A stretch of DNA of 62,571 bases, filler included, from Piptocephalis cylindrospora (GCA_003614145.1; 20 parts of 20 records of this genome joined end to end with filler, not necessarily neighbours in it), one strand, 5' to 3'. Numbered from the whole stretch's first letter, positions 1 to 12,583 are shown. Made by a program: numbers and translations. Notes: generated from the sequence alone by a model not told the origin.

Positions 1-14
1 TTGATCTCCGGGAT

Positions 15-1133
15 ATGGCCGTCCGCTTTCCCATCAATCATGAAGCCTTGGGTGACACTGCCTTTTCCTCCTCCTCTCCTCCCGCCCCCATCTTCGATGT
101 GGACTCCCTAAACGCCACCTTGGAGTTAGCCGCCCAAGGTAGCTCTCTAGATTCTTCACTTTCCTCTGAAGGCTCAGCCCACCCCCGCTTTTTCCCAGAT
201 CCCGAGGATGAATGGAATTCGTGGCAACTCAATTTCTCTCAACTCTCTGTCCTATGCTCCAAGATTGCCTCGTATATACATCGACCTTCTTCTCGGCTCG
301 AGATTCCCGCCTCTTCACCCCGATCCACTTTCGCAAGGCTATGGGCAGGGCTTCAAGCTTGTGAATCCTCCTTTTCTCCAAAAACTTCCCCCCCTCGAAG
401 TATCCTTATGAAACATTACTTCCTTCACTCCATGATCATTCTCCTTCATCGTACCCGTTTAACCATGGACCCAGCTGGTCACTTCATCCCAGTCACTACG
501 TATGCCGAAGAATCCCTCAATCAAGTCAGGACCTCAGCTTCCCTTATTGTTCAGGCCATCAACCGGGACGATATGGCTTCTGTGCGCACAGAGCCTGGTA
601 TTGCCTTCTGTGCTCACACCGCCTCCCTCATCCTCCTCGAGATCATAATCAATCCTTATGTTTCCAGCTCCGAGAAGGCCCAGGCGCTTCAGAATATCTC
701 CACTTGTATGACTGCCATGCAAGAAGTGGCGAGACACTGGCAGGTCGGGAACATGTACGCTGCTGCTCTGAATGAGGCCTATCGTCGCTCCCTTCCAGGT
801 CATCCCCCACCCTCTCCTTCCTGGCCATCCCCAATGGACGACTGTTCACATGATCATTCCTCCTTACCGCTTTCTGACCAACTCTCTGGTGATGGGACCA
901 TGATGATAGTTGGGGCTTCCCATTGGTCTCTGAAGAAGGAAAAGGGAGGGCCGGATCCATTGATAGATGAGAAAGCCACAAGAGATCGAGGTTCCCCCGA
1001 AGCGCCCCAGGATCAACGGAATGAAAACAGCCAGACTGAACCCAGAAGAGCCAATACTAACCGAAGATCAAAGCAGGAGATAGAGGATGAATTGCTCATG
1101 GAAGTACTAGACTCCACCTTCCTGTATCCTTAA
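15..1133 (+). CDS. Probable fungal Zn(II)2Cys6-type transcription factor, C-terminal part (5'-truncated at contig edge)
   Basis: Long ORF with a helical region typical of the fungal TF middle-homology region (QLSVLCSKI...HSMIILLHR...AFCAHTASLILL...MQEVARHW) and an acidic tail. The DNA-binding domain is not in the window. Confidence 0.6.
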   Translation: MAVRFPINHEALGDTAFSSSSPPAPIFDVDSLNATLELAAQGSSLDSSLSSEGSAHPRFFPDPEDEWNSWQLNFSQLSVLCSKIASYIHRPSSRLEIPASSPRSTFARLWAGLQACESSFSPKTSPPRSILMKHYFLHSMIILLHRTRLTMDPAGHFIPVTTYAEESLNQVRTSASLIVQAINRDDMASVRTEPGIAFCAHTASLILLEIIINPYVSSSEKAQALQNISTCMTAMQEVARHWQVGNMYAAALNEAYRRSLPGHPPPSPSWPSPMDDCSHDHSSLPLSDQLSGDGTMMIVGASHWSLKKEKGGPDPLIDEKATRDRGSPEAPQDQRNENSQTEPRRANTNRRSKQEIEDELLMEVLDSTFLYP

Positions 1134-1384
1134 CGCTTTATCTTTTACAAATCCCTCTTCCCCTCAATCCGACTGAGATGAGACAGGATTGTTACTCACT
1201 ATGCATTTATTAGATTGATTATTTTTTTATACTGTTTATCCATACTGCCATCAATTATGTCATACAGCGGTAAGCTTTACTGCCCCGTCAAGTCAATGAA
1301 GGACGGAAAAAGATATATTGCAGAGTTCGGTTGGACGGAAGAGAGAGGAGAAAGTGATGTTTATGAGGTGTTCACTTTCTATTC

Positions 1385-1639
1385 CTATTCCGTACTCTTG
1401 GTTGTGGGGACGGTGGGCTGGTTGGCAACGGAAAGATTGGTACTCAACTGGTGGGGCGTAAGGTCTTTGTACCGGTTCTTGTCAAGTTGCTTCTCCGCCT
1501 TTTTACTCTGCTTATCATTCTTATCGTTCGTGTCTGCCTCATCCTTGTTCCTCCCAAACCAGGGGGCGGCTTCAGAAGATTGAGCCAAGACTAGGGCTAG
1601 GATAGTGAAGCTGAAAAAGGTGAGAGTGACAAACTTCAT
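1385..1639 (-). CDS. Small secreted protein, 84 aa
   Basis: MKFVTLTFFSFTILALVLAQSSEA-APW has a classic signal peptide with an AxA-type cleavage site and a K/D/N-rich mature part. CT-rich leader and TATA-like TATAAG near 1845. Confidence 0.7.
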   Translation of the reverse strand: MKFVTLTFFSFTILALVLAQSSEAAPWFGRNKDEADTNDKNDKQSKKAEKQLDKNRYKDLTPHQLSTNLSVANQPTVPTTKSTE

Positions 1640-2241
1640 ACCGAGAGACAGGATGAGATGGAGGAAAGGAGCGCGGAAGAGAGAGGAAGGAAGAGGAGAG
1701 AAGGTGCGTGTGTGTGATCTAGAAAAGGGAAGGAGAGAAGAGAAGGGCGGGAGGGAAGGAGACGAGGAGTGAAAGGGAAGGAGACGAGAGGTGGAAGAAA
1801 GGGACCAGAGCAGGAGCATGAAACCAGACTAGTGATGTACTTATAGACTTCATTCTCAAAAGTAGGCGGTGATAGAATACAAAGGATGCCCGATACGTTC
1901 CAACTATCGTATCTGGGTAATTGAAGCGGAGTTGTATGTTATCTACCTAGAGGAGCAGCGGAGTTTTAGCGGGGTTTAAAAAGGCAACCTCTAAGGCGCA
2001 TATACACACACACACACACACACACATTAAACAGGGTAATTGGCATTGAGCCACCCATTATCCCTCTTGATCAAACGGAATGGATGATTATAATACAGGA
2101 ATGAGCGGTTGAGAAGTGTATTGCATCGACTACGTTTACCCACTAGCCGAGTAGCCCCACAAGCAGCGAACGAGAGAGGGCATAGGCAATTTAAGGTTGC
2201 TTGGGCCGCTTCATGGAGGAAAGAGAAATCATAAGGGTTGT

Positions 2242-2463
2242 CTATGAGCTAGCCTTAGGATTTTCCTTTTTATTCTTGTCGCCTGAGTTGAGCCATTTTC
2301 GTATGCCAACAGCCATCCCACCGGCGGCGAAGCCACCCATAGCGCCATAACCCGCCGCTCTTGCTACTCCCTTGGGGATAGGGGTGGAGGCAGAGGGTTG
2401 AACAAAGAACACGGTTATAGCAACAACAGTAAGAGTGAGAACGGAAAGGAAGATGGAGTGCAT
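2242..2463 (-). CDS. Small secreted Gly-zipper/cationic peptide, 73 aa
   Basis: Signal peptide MHSIFLSVLTLTVVAITVFFVQPSAS, then TPIPKGVARAAGYGAMGGFAAGGMAVGIRKWL and a basic tail. TATATAAA on the minus strand at ~2663-2670. Confidence 0.65.
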   Translation of the reverse strand: MHSIFLSVLTLTVVAITVFFVQPSASTPIPKGVARAAGYGAMGGFAAGGMAVGIRKWLNSGDKNKKENPKASS

Positions 2464-2786
2464 AATGGGAAGTGAGATGAGTGAAAGGGGGATCGGGTCG
2501 TGTGAGATCTCGTGCGGAAGAAATTGTGAAATTTTGAGGTCCAAGAACGGCAAGGAATGTCGGGAGCAAGAAAGAGGATGGCAAGGAGGGTCAGGAGCGA
2601 GAGGAAGGAAAGATGAATGAGGGATGAAACCGTTTGTCCATAGATCTTCATTCAATGTTGCCTTTATATACCCTAGAGCCTAGCGGACTTATCACAATGT
2701 ACTCAGCGCCCCTGAACTCAAATACACCTCTCACCACATCCTTGAAGCTCCGACCGTGCACAGTTCAATCCTAGAAAAATAATAAG

Positions 2787-2871
2787 TCCGGAAAGCCAGA
2801 TTCGAACTAGCGACCTATGGATGACAGCAAATTCTTACAGTCCACCGCTCTACCAACTGAGCTATTTCCGG
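2787..2871 (-). tRNA. tRNA-Tyr(GTA) with 12-nt intron (2823-2834)
   Basis: Reverse complement folds as CCGGAAA/TTTCCGG acceptor, GCTC-AGTTGGTA-GAGC D arm, GTGGA-CTGTAA[GAATTTGCTGTC]A-TCCAT anticodon arm and GCTAG-TTCGAAT-CTGGC T arm. A T5 Pol III terminator follows. Confidence 0.95.
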
Positions 2872-3021
2872 TTCTTTTTGTGGTGGATGAGACCCCTAAT
2901 GATGAGAGGGGCATCCCTTTAGTGCTTCATGAGGAGAATCATGCTGAAGACGAAGGCCCGGACTGAGGAGATGAGGATGAGGTGAAGGTGCGCACATAGC
3001 GCGGAGAGTGTGCGCACAACG

Positions 3022-3025
<4 letters not shown>

Positions 3026-3078
<53 letters not shown>

Positions 3079-3079
3079 T
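3026..3079. repeat. (GT)n microsatellite at contig end
   Basis: Seen directly in the sequence. Confidence 0.95.
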
Positions 3080-3179
3080 NNNNNNNNNNNNNNNNNNNNN
3101 NNNNNNNNNNNNNNNNNNNNNNNTTAATTAATTAANNNNNNNNNNNNNNNNNNNNNNNNNNNNNNNNNNNNNNNNNNNN
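3080..3179. other. Artificial contig-joining linker (N44-TTAATTAATTAA-N44), first of 19
   Basis: The same linker starts at ~6256, 9319, 12484, 15644, 18799, 21953, 25103, 28252, 31397, 34542, 37682, 40819, 43841, 46971, 50098, 53224, 56345 and 59459. It places stops in all six frames. Confidence 0.99.
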
Positions 3180-4725
3180 GAATCCAATGCCAAAGTCCGG
3201 GCTGCTGCCGTCGACGGGGAAGAGGATCAGGCGGGGGGGGAGGGCGGCGAAGAGGGGGAAGAGGGGGATGGGGAGGAAGTGGACGTGTGTGCTTTTGTGT
3301 GGAGAGGCGTGTGTGTTGTGGCGATACTCCCCCCCTCATTCCTCCCCCCCCCCCCCCCCCCCCTCCTCCCCCCCCTCTTTCCCTTGCCCTTTCCAGTGCG
3401 TCTTAGTCTACGTGGGTTGGAAAAGGAGTATGAAAAGACGGAAAACGACATCAAGGCCCTTCAGTCCGTTGGGCAGATGATTGGAGAGGTGTTAAAGAAG
3501 TTGGATGATGGACGCTGTACGTGGCTCTGCGACTTTCTCACTTTTTATTCTCTGTTTTATCTAAGCCTAATGATCTCATCCCCTCCCGGTAGACATTGTC
3601 AAGGCATCTAATGGTCCTAGATACGTGGTGGGCTGCCGGACCAAGTTGGATGAAAAGAACCTCAAGCAGGGAACTCGGGTGGCGTTGGATATGACCACGT
3701 ACACGGTGATGCGGATCCTGCCGCGGGAGGTGGACCCGTTAGTGTACAACATGTCCCTGGAGGATCCTGGGGCTATCTCCTTTGCCGGAATCGGAGGGCT
3801 GGGGGACCAGATCCGAGAGCTGCGTGAGGTGATTGAGCTCCCTCTGATGAATCCCGAGCTGTTCTTGCGTGTGGGGGTGAAGCCGCCCAAAGGGGTACTT
3901 CTCTACGGGCCTCCCGGGACAGGAAAGACGCTTTTGGCACGGGCGGTGGCCAGTACGCTGGAGACCAACTTCCTCAAGGTGGTGAGTAGCGCCATTGTGG
4001 ACAAGTACATTGGAGAGTCGGCTAGGCTGATCCGCGAGATGTTTGGGTATGCCAAGGAGAATGAGCCATGCATTATCTTTATGGATGAGATTGACGCCAT
4101 CGGTGGCCGTCGGTTCTCCGAAGGTACATCGGCAGATCGGGAAATTCAGCGGACGTTGATGGAGCTCCTCAACCAGATGGATGGATTTGATATCCTCGGT
4201 AAGACTAAGATGATTATGGCGACCAACCGCCCCGACACCCTGGACCCCGCCCTTCTTCGTCCGGGTCGTCTGGATCGGAAGATTGAGATCCCTCTTCCCA
4301 ATGAGGTTGGGCGACTGGACATTCTCAAGATCCATGCGGCTGGTATCACCAAGCACGGGGATATGGGTGAGTCTAGAGGGGTGGGAGGAGGGGGGGAGGA
4401 TGGAGGGGGAGAGAGGGCTCATTCCTTCCCCCTTATCGATAGATTATGAAGCTGTGGTCAAGCTGAGCGACGGATTCAACGGGGCAGATCTACGTAATGT
4501 CTGCACAGAGGCTGGTAGGTACTTGAGAGGGGAAGGGGGATGCGGCGGCCATGACCTGTCCATTCCCCCACACTCCATACTGAATTTTCCCTTCCCCCTA
4601 CTCTAGGCATGTTTGCTATCCGGGACGAAAGGGATTATGTGATCCAAGATGATTTCATGAAGGCGGTCCGGAAGGTGGCTGATGCTAAGAAACTTGAGGG
4701 CAAGCTCGACTACCAAAAGATGTAG
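3180..4725 (+). CDS. RPT4: 26S proteasome AAA-ATPase Rpt4/PSMC6 (multi-exon, 5' end unclear)
   Basis: [20 protein letters not shown] Walker A, IFMDEID Walker [19 protein letters not shown], end [12 protein letters not shown]. Introns at ~3517-3592, 4367-4442 and 4515-4606. Confidence 0.95.
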
Positions 4726-6355
4726 TAGGCTCGTAAGCGTATGGGGAGTTATGCTGTTTGTGCGTTGGACAGCCGAGGGAGAGAGGATAGAGGTAGAAGA
4801 AAGACAGGGGGGATGATCAAGGAATTATTGACTGGTTCATGTTTGTTGCTATCTCTCTCTTTCTATTGTTGATACTCAAGGACGATTTTCCTTGCCATTA
4901 CCGCTCCATCTTGTCTTGTATAGATATCCTCTCACTCCTTGCTCGAAAGGCTCATCAGCGATGCACATTGTCTCTCCTTGAGCAGGTGGATGATCAAAGA
5001 GCGAGAATGAGGGGAGAGAAGGGGGGGGGCATGTGCACAAGGAGGAATGCGAGCCTCCTCCCTCATACTGATGATGATTCCACTCTTCCTTGATTGTGTT
5101 GATCCTCCCCTGGAATGAAGCTTCTCTCAAGCCAAAAAGGATGAAATTCGTTCAAATACACAGTTTTTCGTTCTACGCTGGGAATACACAGCCCTTTATG
5201 GGCAATGGGCCATGATGCCTTGGTAGATCAACCTTTGAATTGCAAGCTTCATACATGGATGGTGATTGGTTTATTCACCTTTTCCGGAGATCCATAAAAA
5301 CCTTCCTTCCTTTTATCATGCGACCAAGGTTATTTTCCATTCTTCCCTGCTATATCTCTGTCTGAATATGATTCATAAACGATAAGCGGAAGAGTGAGCA
5401 GGATGGCTAGGTCTTTGCCCCACTCCACACGCCATCCTCATTGGCGTATCGACAGAGCCCATCCTATGAGCACCTGGGGAGTGTGGGAAGGATGTTTGTG
5501 GGGAGGGGGATAGACATATATACACATGCACACACGCACACATACATATTCACAGTGACGGTGAGGTCGTGTGTCCAGCTGGGAGAGTCAGTAAGCCACG
5601 GGTTTCAAGGACCAACATCCATCCCCCCTCATTATCTCTCCCCACTCGGATCACACACTCTCCGGGTGACTACTACTAGGCAGGAGAGTGTTGCGTGTAC
5701 ACTGCTTTGCTGCTGCTCCTCTTACCTTCCCCCCCCCACGCCTCTATGGCTCTGATAAGGGGGGGGATAAGAGTCCAAGTGCAGATGGGCACGCACTGAT
5801 ACGCTTCCCTTTTCACATGTGTTTTTGTTGCGCCTTACACACAAAAGCATCTTACTATCGAGACATTGTGCCATTCCTAGCCTCACTCCCCGTTCCGGAG
5901 TGGCCAGATAACGCGCGACCCTACGATCCCCGGGGATGGTGACTGGGGGAGCTCTGTGCCCCCGCGCTTAAGTATCTTTATCTTCATCGGAAGGAAGTGA
6001 GGGGATCCATGAAGCCGACTACGCCGGATCTTCCCACTCCTCCATCTATACGTAATCATCCAGTCTGCTTCCCTCACAGCAAATATATATCTATCAAGGA
6101 TAAGGGATAGACAAGAATCGATATCCCTTTTCCTTTCTCCTATCCATCCTCTCTTCTTTTGTTCTCTCTCCTCTTATCCTGCCCTAAATACTTGGCTCAC
6201 AGTGGGAGTGAGAGTGGGAGGAGGGAAAGTAGTGGCGGGGATGACGCTTCCATACNNNNNNNNNNNNNNNNNNNNNNNNNNNNNNNNNNNNNNNNNNNNT
6301 TAATTAATTAANNNNNNNNNNNNNNNNNNNNNNNNNNNNNNNNNNNNNNNNNNNN

Positions 6356-6733
6356 ATTAATATACACAGCCACCATGATCGCAAAGCCCCAGAAAAGACA
6401 TGCAAGATCTACGGGGAACTGTCCAGTGGGGACTTGGTTAACGAAAACGGTGGAGATCCCTGAGCCCAGGAGGATGAGGATAAACATGCCAATGAATTCG
6501 GCCAGATACTCTCGATACTCCATCCGTGCCTTCACCAAATGATTCAAGAGATGTAATTTCCCAAATCGGTCCATCATGGGACTGATACGCTCCCTGAGGC
6601 TTGTATGCTCCTTTGGGATTCCATGCGCATAGACGGTATGAGTAAACTCCAAAGTGGAGCTATTCTCGCTGATAGACCCTTCACTGGTATTTTTCTTCTC
6701 AGAAATGCTGACAACGTGTTCAATGTCGCTCAT
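6356..6733 (-). CDS. Aquaglyceroporin (MIP), N-terminal part, truncated at contig edge
   Basis: REYLAEFIGMFILILLGSG (TM1 AEF motif) and FWGFAIMVAVYI (TM2). Confidence 0.85.
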
Positions 6734-8928
6734 TGTGAAGGATAATTAAACGGATAGTTTTGGGTTGAGTAAGAGGTAAGAGGTGGATGGGATAGGGACA
6801 AGATGAATTGGATAGGGAAAGGATGGATGGGCTAGGGACAGGATGAATGGGCTAGGGACAGGATTGGTAACGAGATGATAAAATGATGTGAAGTATAATT
6901 CTAGGAAGATCCATCCACACAATAGGAAAAAGTGCAGTGACTTTATACCCATTGACGTGAAGAAGGAAAATGGAAGGGAAATGCATTACCATGAGGATCC
7001 CAACCGTATGCCTCCCAGATGCCCCTTCCTACGCACAGATCATTTCACACGCAGTCCTCCCCAGTCACCCATCTTATTCTCCTCTCGTTCAATCCCAAGC
7101 TGATCAGGTGCACATCCTTCTTTTAAAAAGAATAATGGAACAATCTTGGTGGGAGAGGGCAACTCACTTGTGTGGGTGAGGAGGGGAGGGGGAGGATGGG
7201 GAGGCTAAATAGCATTTTCTCAGGACTTAGCGTGTCGATTCCATCACTTCCGGAGATTCCCCGTGTCCCTTCCATGTTTAAGGCCAATTACGGGCGATTT
7301 TACTTTGAACTTGGCAAATAACAAGGTGATGAACGTGGAAAGTTCACTGAGCGATTACCAGATAAAGAACAGTGTATCCTAAGGACAGGTAAACCTCAAA
7401 GCTTGATAGTATAAACCATAGGTCTTCTTGGACGCAATCACACTTTCTACTCGACCCAGGTTTACCCGGAGAGCGGTGCATGTGTCTCCTGGCCTCTGGG
7501 CTTGCTTTACCGTGGTTGCTATGGTTAACACTATCAAATGGACATCGTCTCTCTCCGTACCCTCTTACTAACTTCCATTTTACACGAATGAAATTGCCCT
7601 TCCTTGCGGCTCGTGCATCCTCCACTGACCCCACACTCTCACACTCCCCGCATGTCGCGTTCCCATGCTGCCTTGTTCCCACCCCACATTATAGCCATTC
7701 ATGATCTTGGTTGTGGGGAGAGATGTATCAGAAGAGGAAGCACATGCCTATGAGAGGAGTAAGGGGTGAGCAAGACTCCCTTGCTCATGGAATGGCTGGT
7801 CCACGCCCTAAAAGTATAATATGAAGGAACATGGATTCCATTAACGCATCCAGTATACTCAAGATGATAGTAATAGCAATGTCCACCTACTTCACATACC
7901 CTACTTTCAATAGGACCACCGGCCCGATTAGGTCACAAAAGCCTTTGCCCATCTCCAAATGAGGAAAAATTCAGGTGAGAGATGGGCGAGTTATGTACTC
8001 GGATGCCTAACAGACCACCCCACTGAGGGAAAATATAGAGGTTCTATCATCATTAAATTTTAGGTGAGTCCCTATTGCTTGATTGTTGAAAAAATTGTCG
8101 CCTTATGAGAAAATGCATTCAAAAGATCATACAAACCCGCGCCTTTATTACAGGTTGAGGGGTATGGCCCTCATGGCTTCAAAAGTGACATGTAGAAATT
8201 TGCAAAAATGGTTTGAAAACGACGGTTAGGGATACAACAAACATGGTCGTAAGAACTGTGATAATAATAAACTCAATATATTTTCTTTCAGTAGGGAAGA
8301 TTAATGAATAAGCGAACATGGCGCTCTCCTAAATGACCAGTATACGGCCATAATGAATCCTTATTGCCGCTCTACATGAGATGTAGGCGCTAGGTGGAGA
8401 AGGAGAGACGGGAAGGGATGTGGCGGATCTGGAGAATGATAAAGAAAGGGGAGCAGCCGGTTCTGGAGGATACGGTTGCCCCAGAAGAGAATCCAGGAAA
8501 GGATGGTAGGTCCGAGACGCGGATGGACATGCTACCGCCGGGGGACGATGGTATGCCCATACGTATCTCGGGCTTTTCTGAATTGACTAGGAGGCCTAGA
8601 TGGCGGTGCGAGTTTCTCCAGGGCATGGCGGGCTATAGGTGCCTGTAGTACCTAGAAGATAATTACTAATGGGGTACACGTCGAGGGCAATGTCCTTGGT
8701 ACCACGCTTGCCGGCCTAGGCAGGCAATGAGTTCGGATACTCTGTAGCCTGCCCCATAAGGAAGAATAAACCGGTTTATCATCATTATCATTTGATACTC
8801 TTGCATAAAAACAATCCAATTAAAGCCGAATCAGAACGAACCAAAATTTAGAGAATAGAATGGTTTTTTATTATCATTGGACTCAAAGTGCATCTTTTCT
8901 AACAAAGTTATTTATTACGACACTGCGC

Positions 8929-9318
8929 CTAAAACGATTTTGAATCATGTTCCTCAGGGTCTGGGGCAGTGGCGATGAAAATATCATACAGGGCGCCGCC
9001 CACAACACCCCCAACCAATGGGCCTACCACAGGGACCCAAGCGTACCCATCATGTGCCGTGAAGACAATTTTGCCGTATCCAGCAGCGAGCATGAGCACT
9101 CGTGGAGCAAAGTCCCTGGCCGGATTTAGCGCTATAGCCCCAGGAGAGTTGAAGGCAGCGAGGATGGTAGCAACGGCAATTCCTATGGCCAGAGGAGAAA
9201 AATGGGTGGGGGGCACGTTGTGCCGATCCACACAGGCAAAGATAAAGATCAACATGGTGGCCGTACCGACGGCCTCGCCAAGGAAGGAGCGGTAATTGCC
9301 GCGGATCGGGTCGGGAGA
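8929..9318 (-). CDS. Aquaglyceroporin (MIP), C-terminal part, truncated at contig edge
   Basis: FLGEAVGTA, LNPARDFAPR (the glyceroporin NPARD motif) and YAWVPVVGPLVGGVVG. Confidence 0.9.
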   Translation of the reverse strand, partial: SPDPIRGNYRSFLGEAVGTATMLIFIFACVDRHNVPPTHFSPLAIGIAVATILAAFNSPGAIALNPARDFAPRVLMLAAGYGKIVFTAHDGYAWVPVVGPLVGGVVGGALYDIFIATAPDPEEHDSKSF

Positions 9319-10722
9319 NNNNNNNNNNNNNNNNNNNNNNNNNNNNNNNNNNNNNNNNNNNNTTAATTAATTAANNNNNNNNNNNNNNNNNNNNNNNNNN
9401 NNNNNNNNNNNNNNNNNNTTTTTTTAAAAATACCACCCCACCTCCCAAATGAGAAGAACGTGAAAAGGGTTTGGGGCCAAAAAAAAAAACCTCTCCCCGT
9501 GGCCAATCTTCCTCCCCCCCCCCCCCCCTTATCTCTTACACCAGGCCTCTCTCATGTCATTTCTCCTGACCCTTGACCCATCTCTCCCATGGCACATCCC
9601 CCTCATATGGCCTTGGCCCTATTCAGGGCACCCAGCCGGACACTTGCCTCGTGGATCCTTCTTGCTTTCCCTCGGCCACCCATAAAACAATTCACTACAC
9701 ATGTTCCAGCCCACATACAATCCATCACTCTTACACTAACAGCACATATCTTCTGCCTCGACACAGGCGGAGCCATAGACACACTTCCACATCCCGCTGC
9801 GGAGGTGAAGCGAGCCCTCATATCCACATGGAGAGGCACATACACACACACACACAGAGAGAGAGATTGACATGCAGAGCAGGTTCATTTTTTACGGCCC
9901 AAGCCCTTATCACGTCTAGTCCATTTGGGAAGGCGTGTGTATATCTGATAAAAAAGGGCAAGTGATTTCCACTCTAATGCTGGCTAGCAACACCGTGCAT
10001 CCAAGGTGATCTACCGTCCGTATATCGAAACAAGATGTGGAATAGCCAGATCCCCTTCATGGAAAGCAAGCGCTCTCATTTCTTTCCATGGACTTGTCCA
10101 GTCCCTTGTTGACAGGGAAGGAAACCCCTTCTTGCGCCTCCCCTGAATTGAAACTGACGGTGCTCTCGCTCACCCTCATTATCCTCATTCATAGATGCGT
10201 TCAGGCTAGATCATCCCGCCCTGCTATCCCCTTCCAAATGGAGTGGAAATCCCCGAAATTTCCCATCCACATTCCAGCCCCACACATGTCCGGAGTAGCA
10301 CAGTGAGATCTCCCAGCATCAATTGCTCTCTGATGAATTTACAGCTCAGATGCGGGACTTTGTTCCCACTCTCACTCATTTTGCCAAGTCCGCTATCCAC
10401 GCACGGTCTTTACAAATCTGCTCCCCCTCATTTCCTGTAGCCATGGACGCTTTCTTTGAAGGACATGGCCATCCTCTCCCGCCCCCTCGCTCGACAAGAG
10501 CAGGTCTCATGAGAGCCCTCACCGACACTTCTCATGCATTGCCCCCACAGTCTTGTTTGCAGGAAAGAGGAGGGTCCAGCCTGTATGAAGGGACATTTAC
10601 CACATTTTTAACAACGCCCCTTCTTCCTACATTCCTTATTCACTCCATCCCCTCTCCCCCTCCCCTCCCCGTTCCTCCTATCCTCCGTACCTTCCTTCCT
10701 CTCTACCTATCCTACGGCGATC

Positions 10723-11541
10723 ATGAAGCTCAAGCGATGCTTCCTCCCACCCGTACTCGATGCCGACCGTATGGTCACCTCATGGTTCCTATGGCCCTGG
10801 ATGCTCGTGGTCTATCGGGCCATCCTTACCATCTATAGCACCGTCGTGTTCTGGGGGGGCTTTATTGATGTGGCCATCCACACTCCCGATCAGGCCGGAG
10901 CCTACTGGTACTACTTTACCAATCTATCCTACCTTGGCCTTAATATCTACCTGGTCCTGGTCACAATTGCAACGGCTGCACACGCGCGGACCGGGTGGCT
11001 CCCCTCCCAGGGTCTTCATGTGCCCGTGCACCTTTTGTATGCCACGGTGCTGGTGAGTCACGTGGTCACACCGGTGACCTTCTATGCACTACTCTTCTCT
11101 CCGGACGAGGGCTTTGCTAGACCGATGCTTGCCTGGGGCAACTACTCAAAACACGGGGGGGACTTGGCCCTGACGCTCATGGAGGTACTGGTGAATCGAC
11201 GAGTGATGTACTGGAGCGACCTGCCCATCACGCTCATCACGGCGATTGTGTACATGTGCTGGATGTTCCTGGTGCACGCCTTTGCCCATATCTGGCCCTA
11301 TCCGTTCCTCGGGTGGGAGAAGGGGGGCGGGGTGGCAAAATGGTATATTATCATGATGGCCATGTTTATCGTGGCGTTTGCGATCATGTGGACTCTTCAC
11401 TGGGGCAAGAACTGGTTGCTTGGTCGGTTTCGTCGCGCCTCCTCCGGGAAGAGCAAGTGGCTCAGGGATCCCGAAAAGGTGGAGGGTTGGGGATCTATGA
11501 GTCACGGAAGGGCAGGGGACGCGCTTTCCAATTGGAAATGA
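10723..11541 (+). CDS. Six-TM protein, FAR-17a/AIG1 / rolling-stone-like
   Basis: YYFTNLSY, KHG and WPYPFL motifs with six hydrophobic segments. Confidence 0.75.
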   Translation: MKLKRCFLPPVLDADRMVTSWFLWPWMLVVYRAILTIYSTVVFWGGFIDVAIHTPDQAGAYWYYFTNLSYLGLNIYLVLVTIATAAHARTGWLPSQGLHVPVHLLYATVLVSHVVTPVTFYALLFSPDEGFARPMLAWGNYSKHGGDLALTLMEVLVNRRVMYWSDLPITLITAIVYMCWMFLVHAFAHIWPYPFLGWEKGGGVAKWYIIMMAMFIVAFAIMWTLHWGKNWLLGRFRRASSGKSKWLRDPEKVEGWGSMSHGRAGDALSNWK

Positions 11542-12583
11542 GGCGTCCTTGTCCCTCGGGCTGGGTGTGTCTAGTGGCCATCCTGAACGTTCCTAGTAAT
11601 ACTACGTAGCTAATTTTTTACTTGTTCTTGAGCTGGATATGCTTTTTTGATCTTACACAGCATTAGATGTGGAGGGGAAAATGGAGGCGCTGACCTGCCT
11701 CGTCTTCTCAATGATCCATGCCCTTTCAAGGAGAGAGAGAGGCTCCGCTCGTTCTTGCTGTCAACACTAGGGACAAAAGGTTCCAGGACAAGAGTGCTAG
11801 GCCTTCTCCTCAGCTCTAGCCCATCCATTTGAGGGTGTACTTACAGTCATACTGCTCTTTTTATTGTATACTAGAAAGAATGAGCCCAGGGTGAGCGGAT
11901 TGCGTCGATCCTCACCCACCCCCTAACAGCGCACAGATCGTGTGCACACTGACATGTCAACAGCTCCCTGTCTCTTGCTGATTTCCATCATTTACACGCG
12001 TTTCTCCAACTCTCATTTTCCAATCTTACCCCAGCAGCAAGTGGGGTCATGTCATCAAAAACAGACTATGTGCATGGAATGCAGTCACACTGGGAAAATT
12101 ACCCAATAAATTCAATTTCCCTTTTTTTTCGGGGATATTCAGGTGTGTGAGTGATGCTATGCCCTGTAGACTCGCAGCGGCCCGCGTCTCGTCTCGACGG
12201 TGCAGTCGCTTCAGAAGAATGAGAGAGAGAGAGGTGCCCCTCTCCCTGGTCTTCCCCCCCGTCTCCCGGCCTCCCCAAGCCAGAGCCCGCCCCATCCTCT
12301 GGGAGACGCGAAAAGAAAACCCACTAAGCACAAGAAGCCTCACCCTCTTCTTCCTTTTCTTCTTCTTCTTCTTCTTATCCACTGTCTTTCTACCCTGTTT
12401 TCCCCCTCCCGCCTCACTCCATTCCTTTCACCCCCTCCTTTGCCATGGCCACATACACCCCTAACCCAGGTGCTCCTTCCACCNNNNNNNNNNNNNNNNN
12501 NNNNNNNNNNNNNNNNNNNNNNNNNNNTTAATTAATTAANNNNNNNNNNNNNNNNNNNNNNNNNNNNNNNNNNNNNNNNNNNN

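Noticed and set aside
3200..3395. G-rich then C-rich stretch in the RPT4 5' region, hairpin- or G4-like
   Set aside because: It does not read as the expected Rpt4 N-terminus and looks like low-quality homopolymer-inflated sequence at a contig edge.
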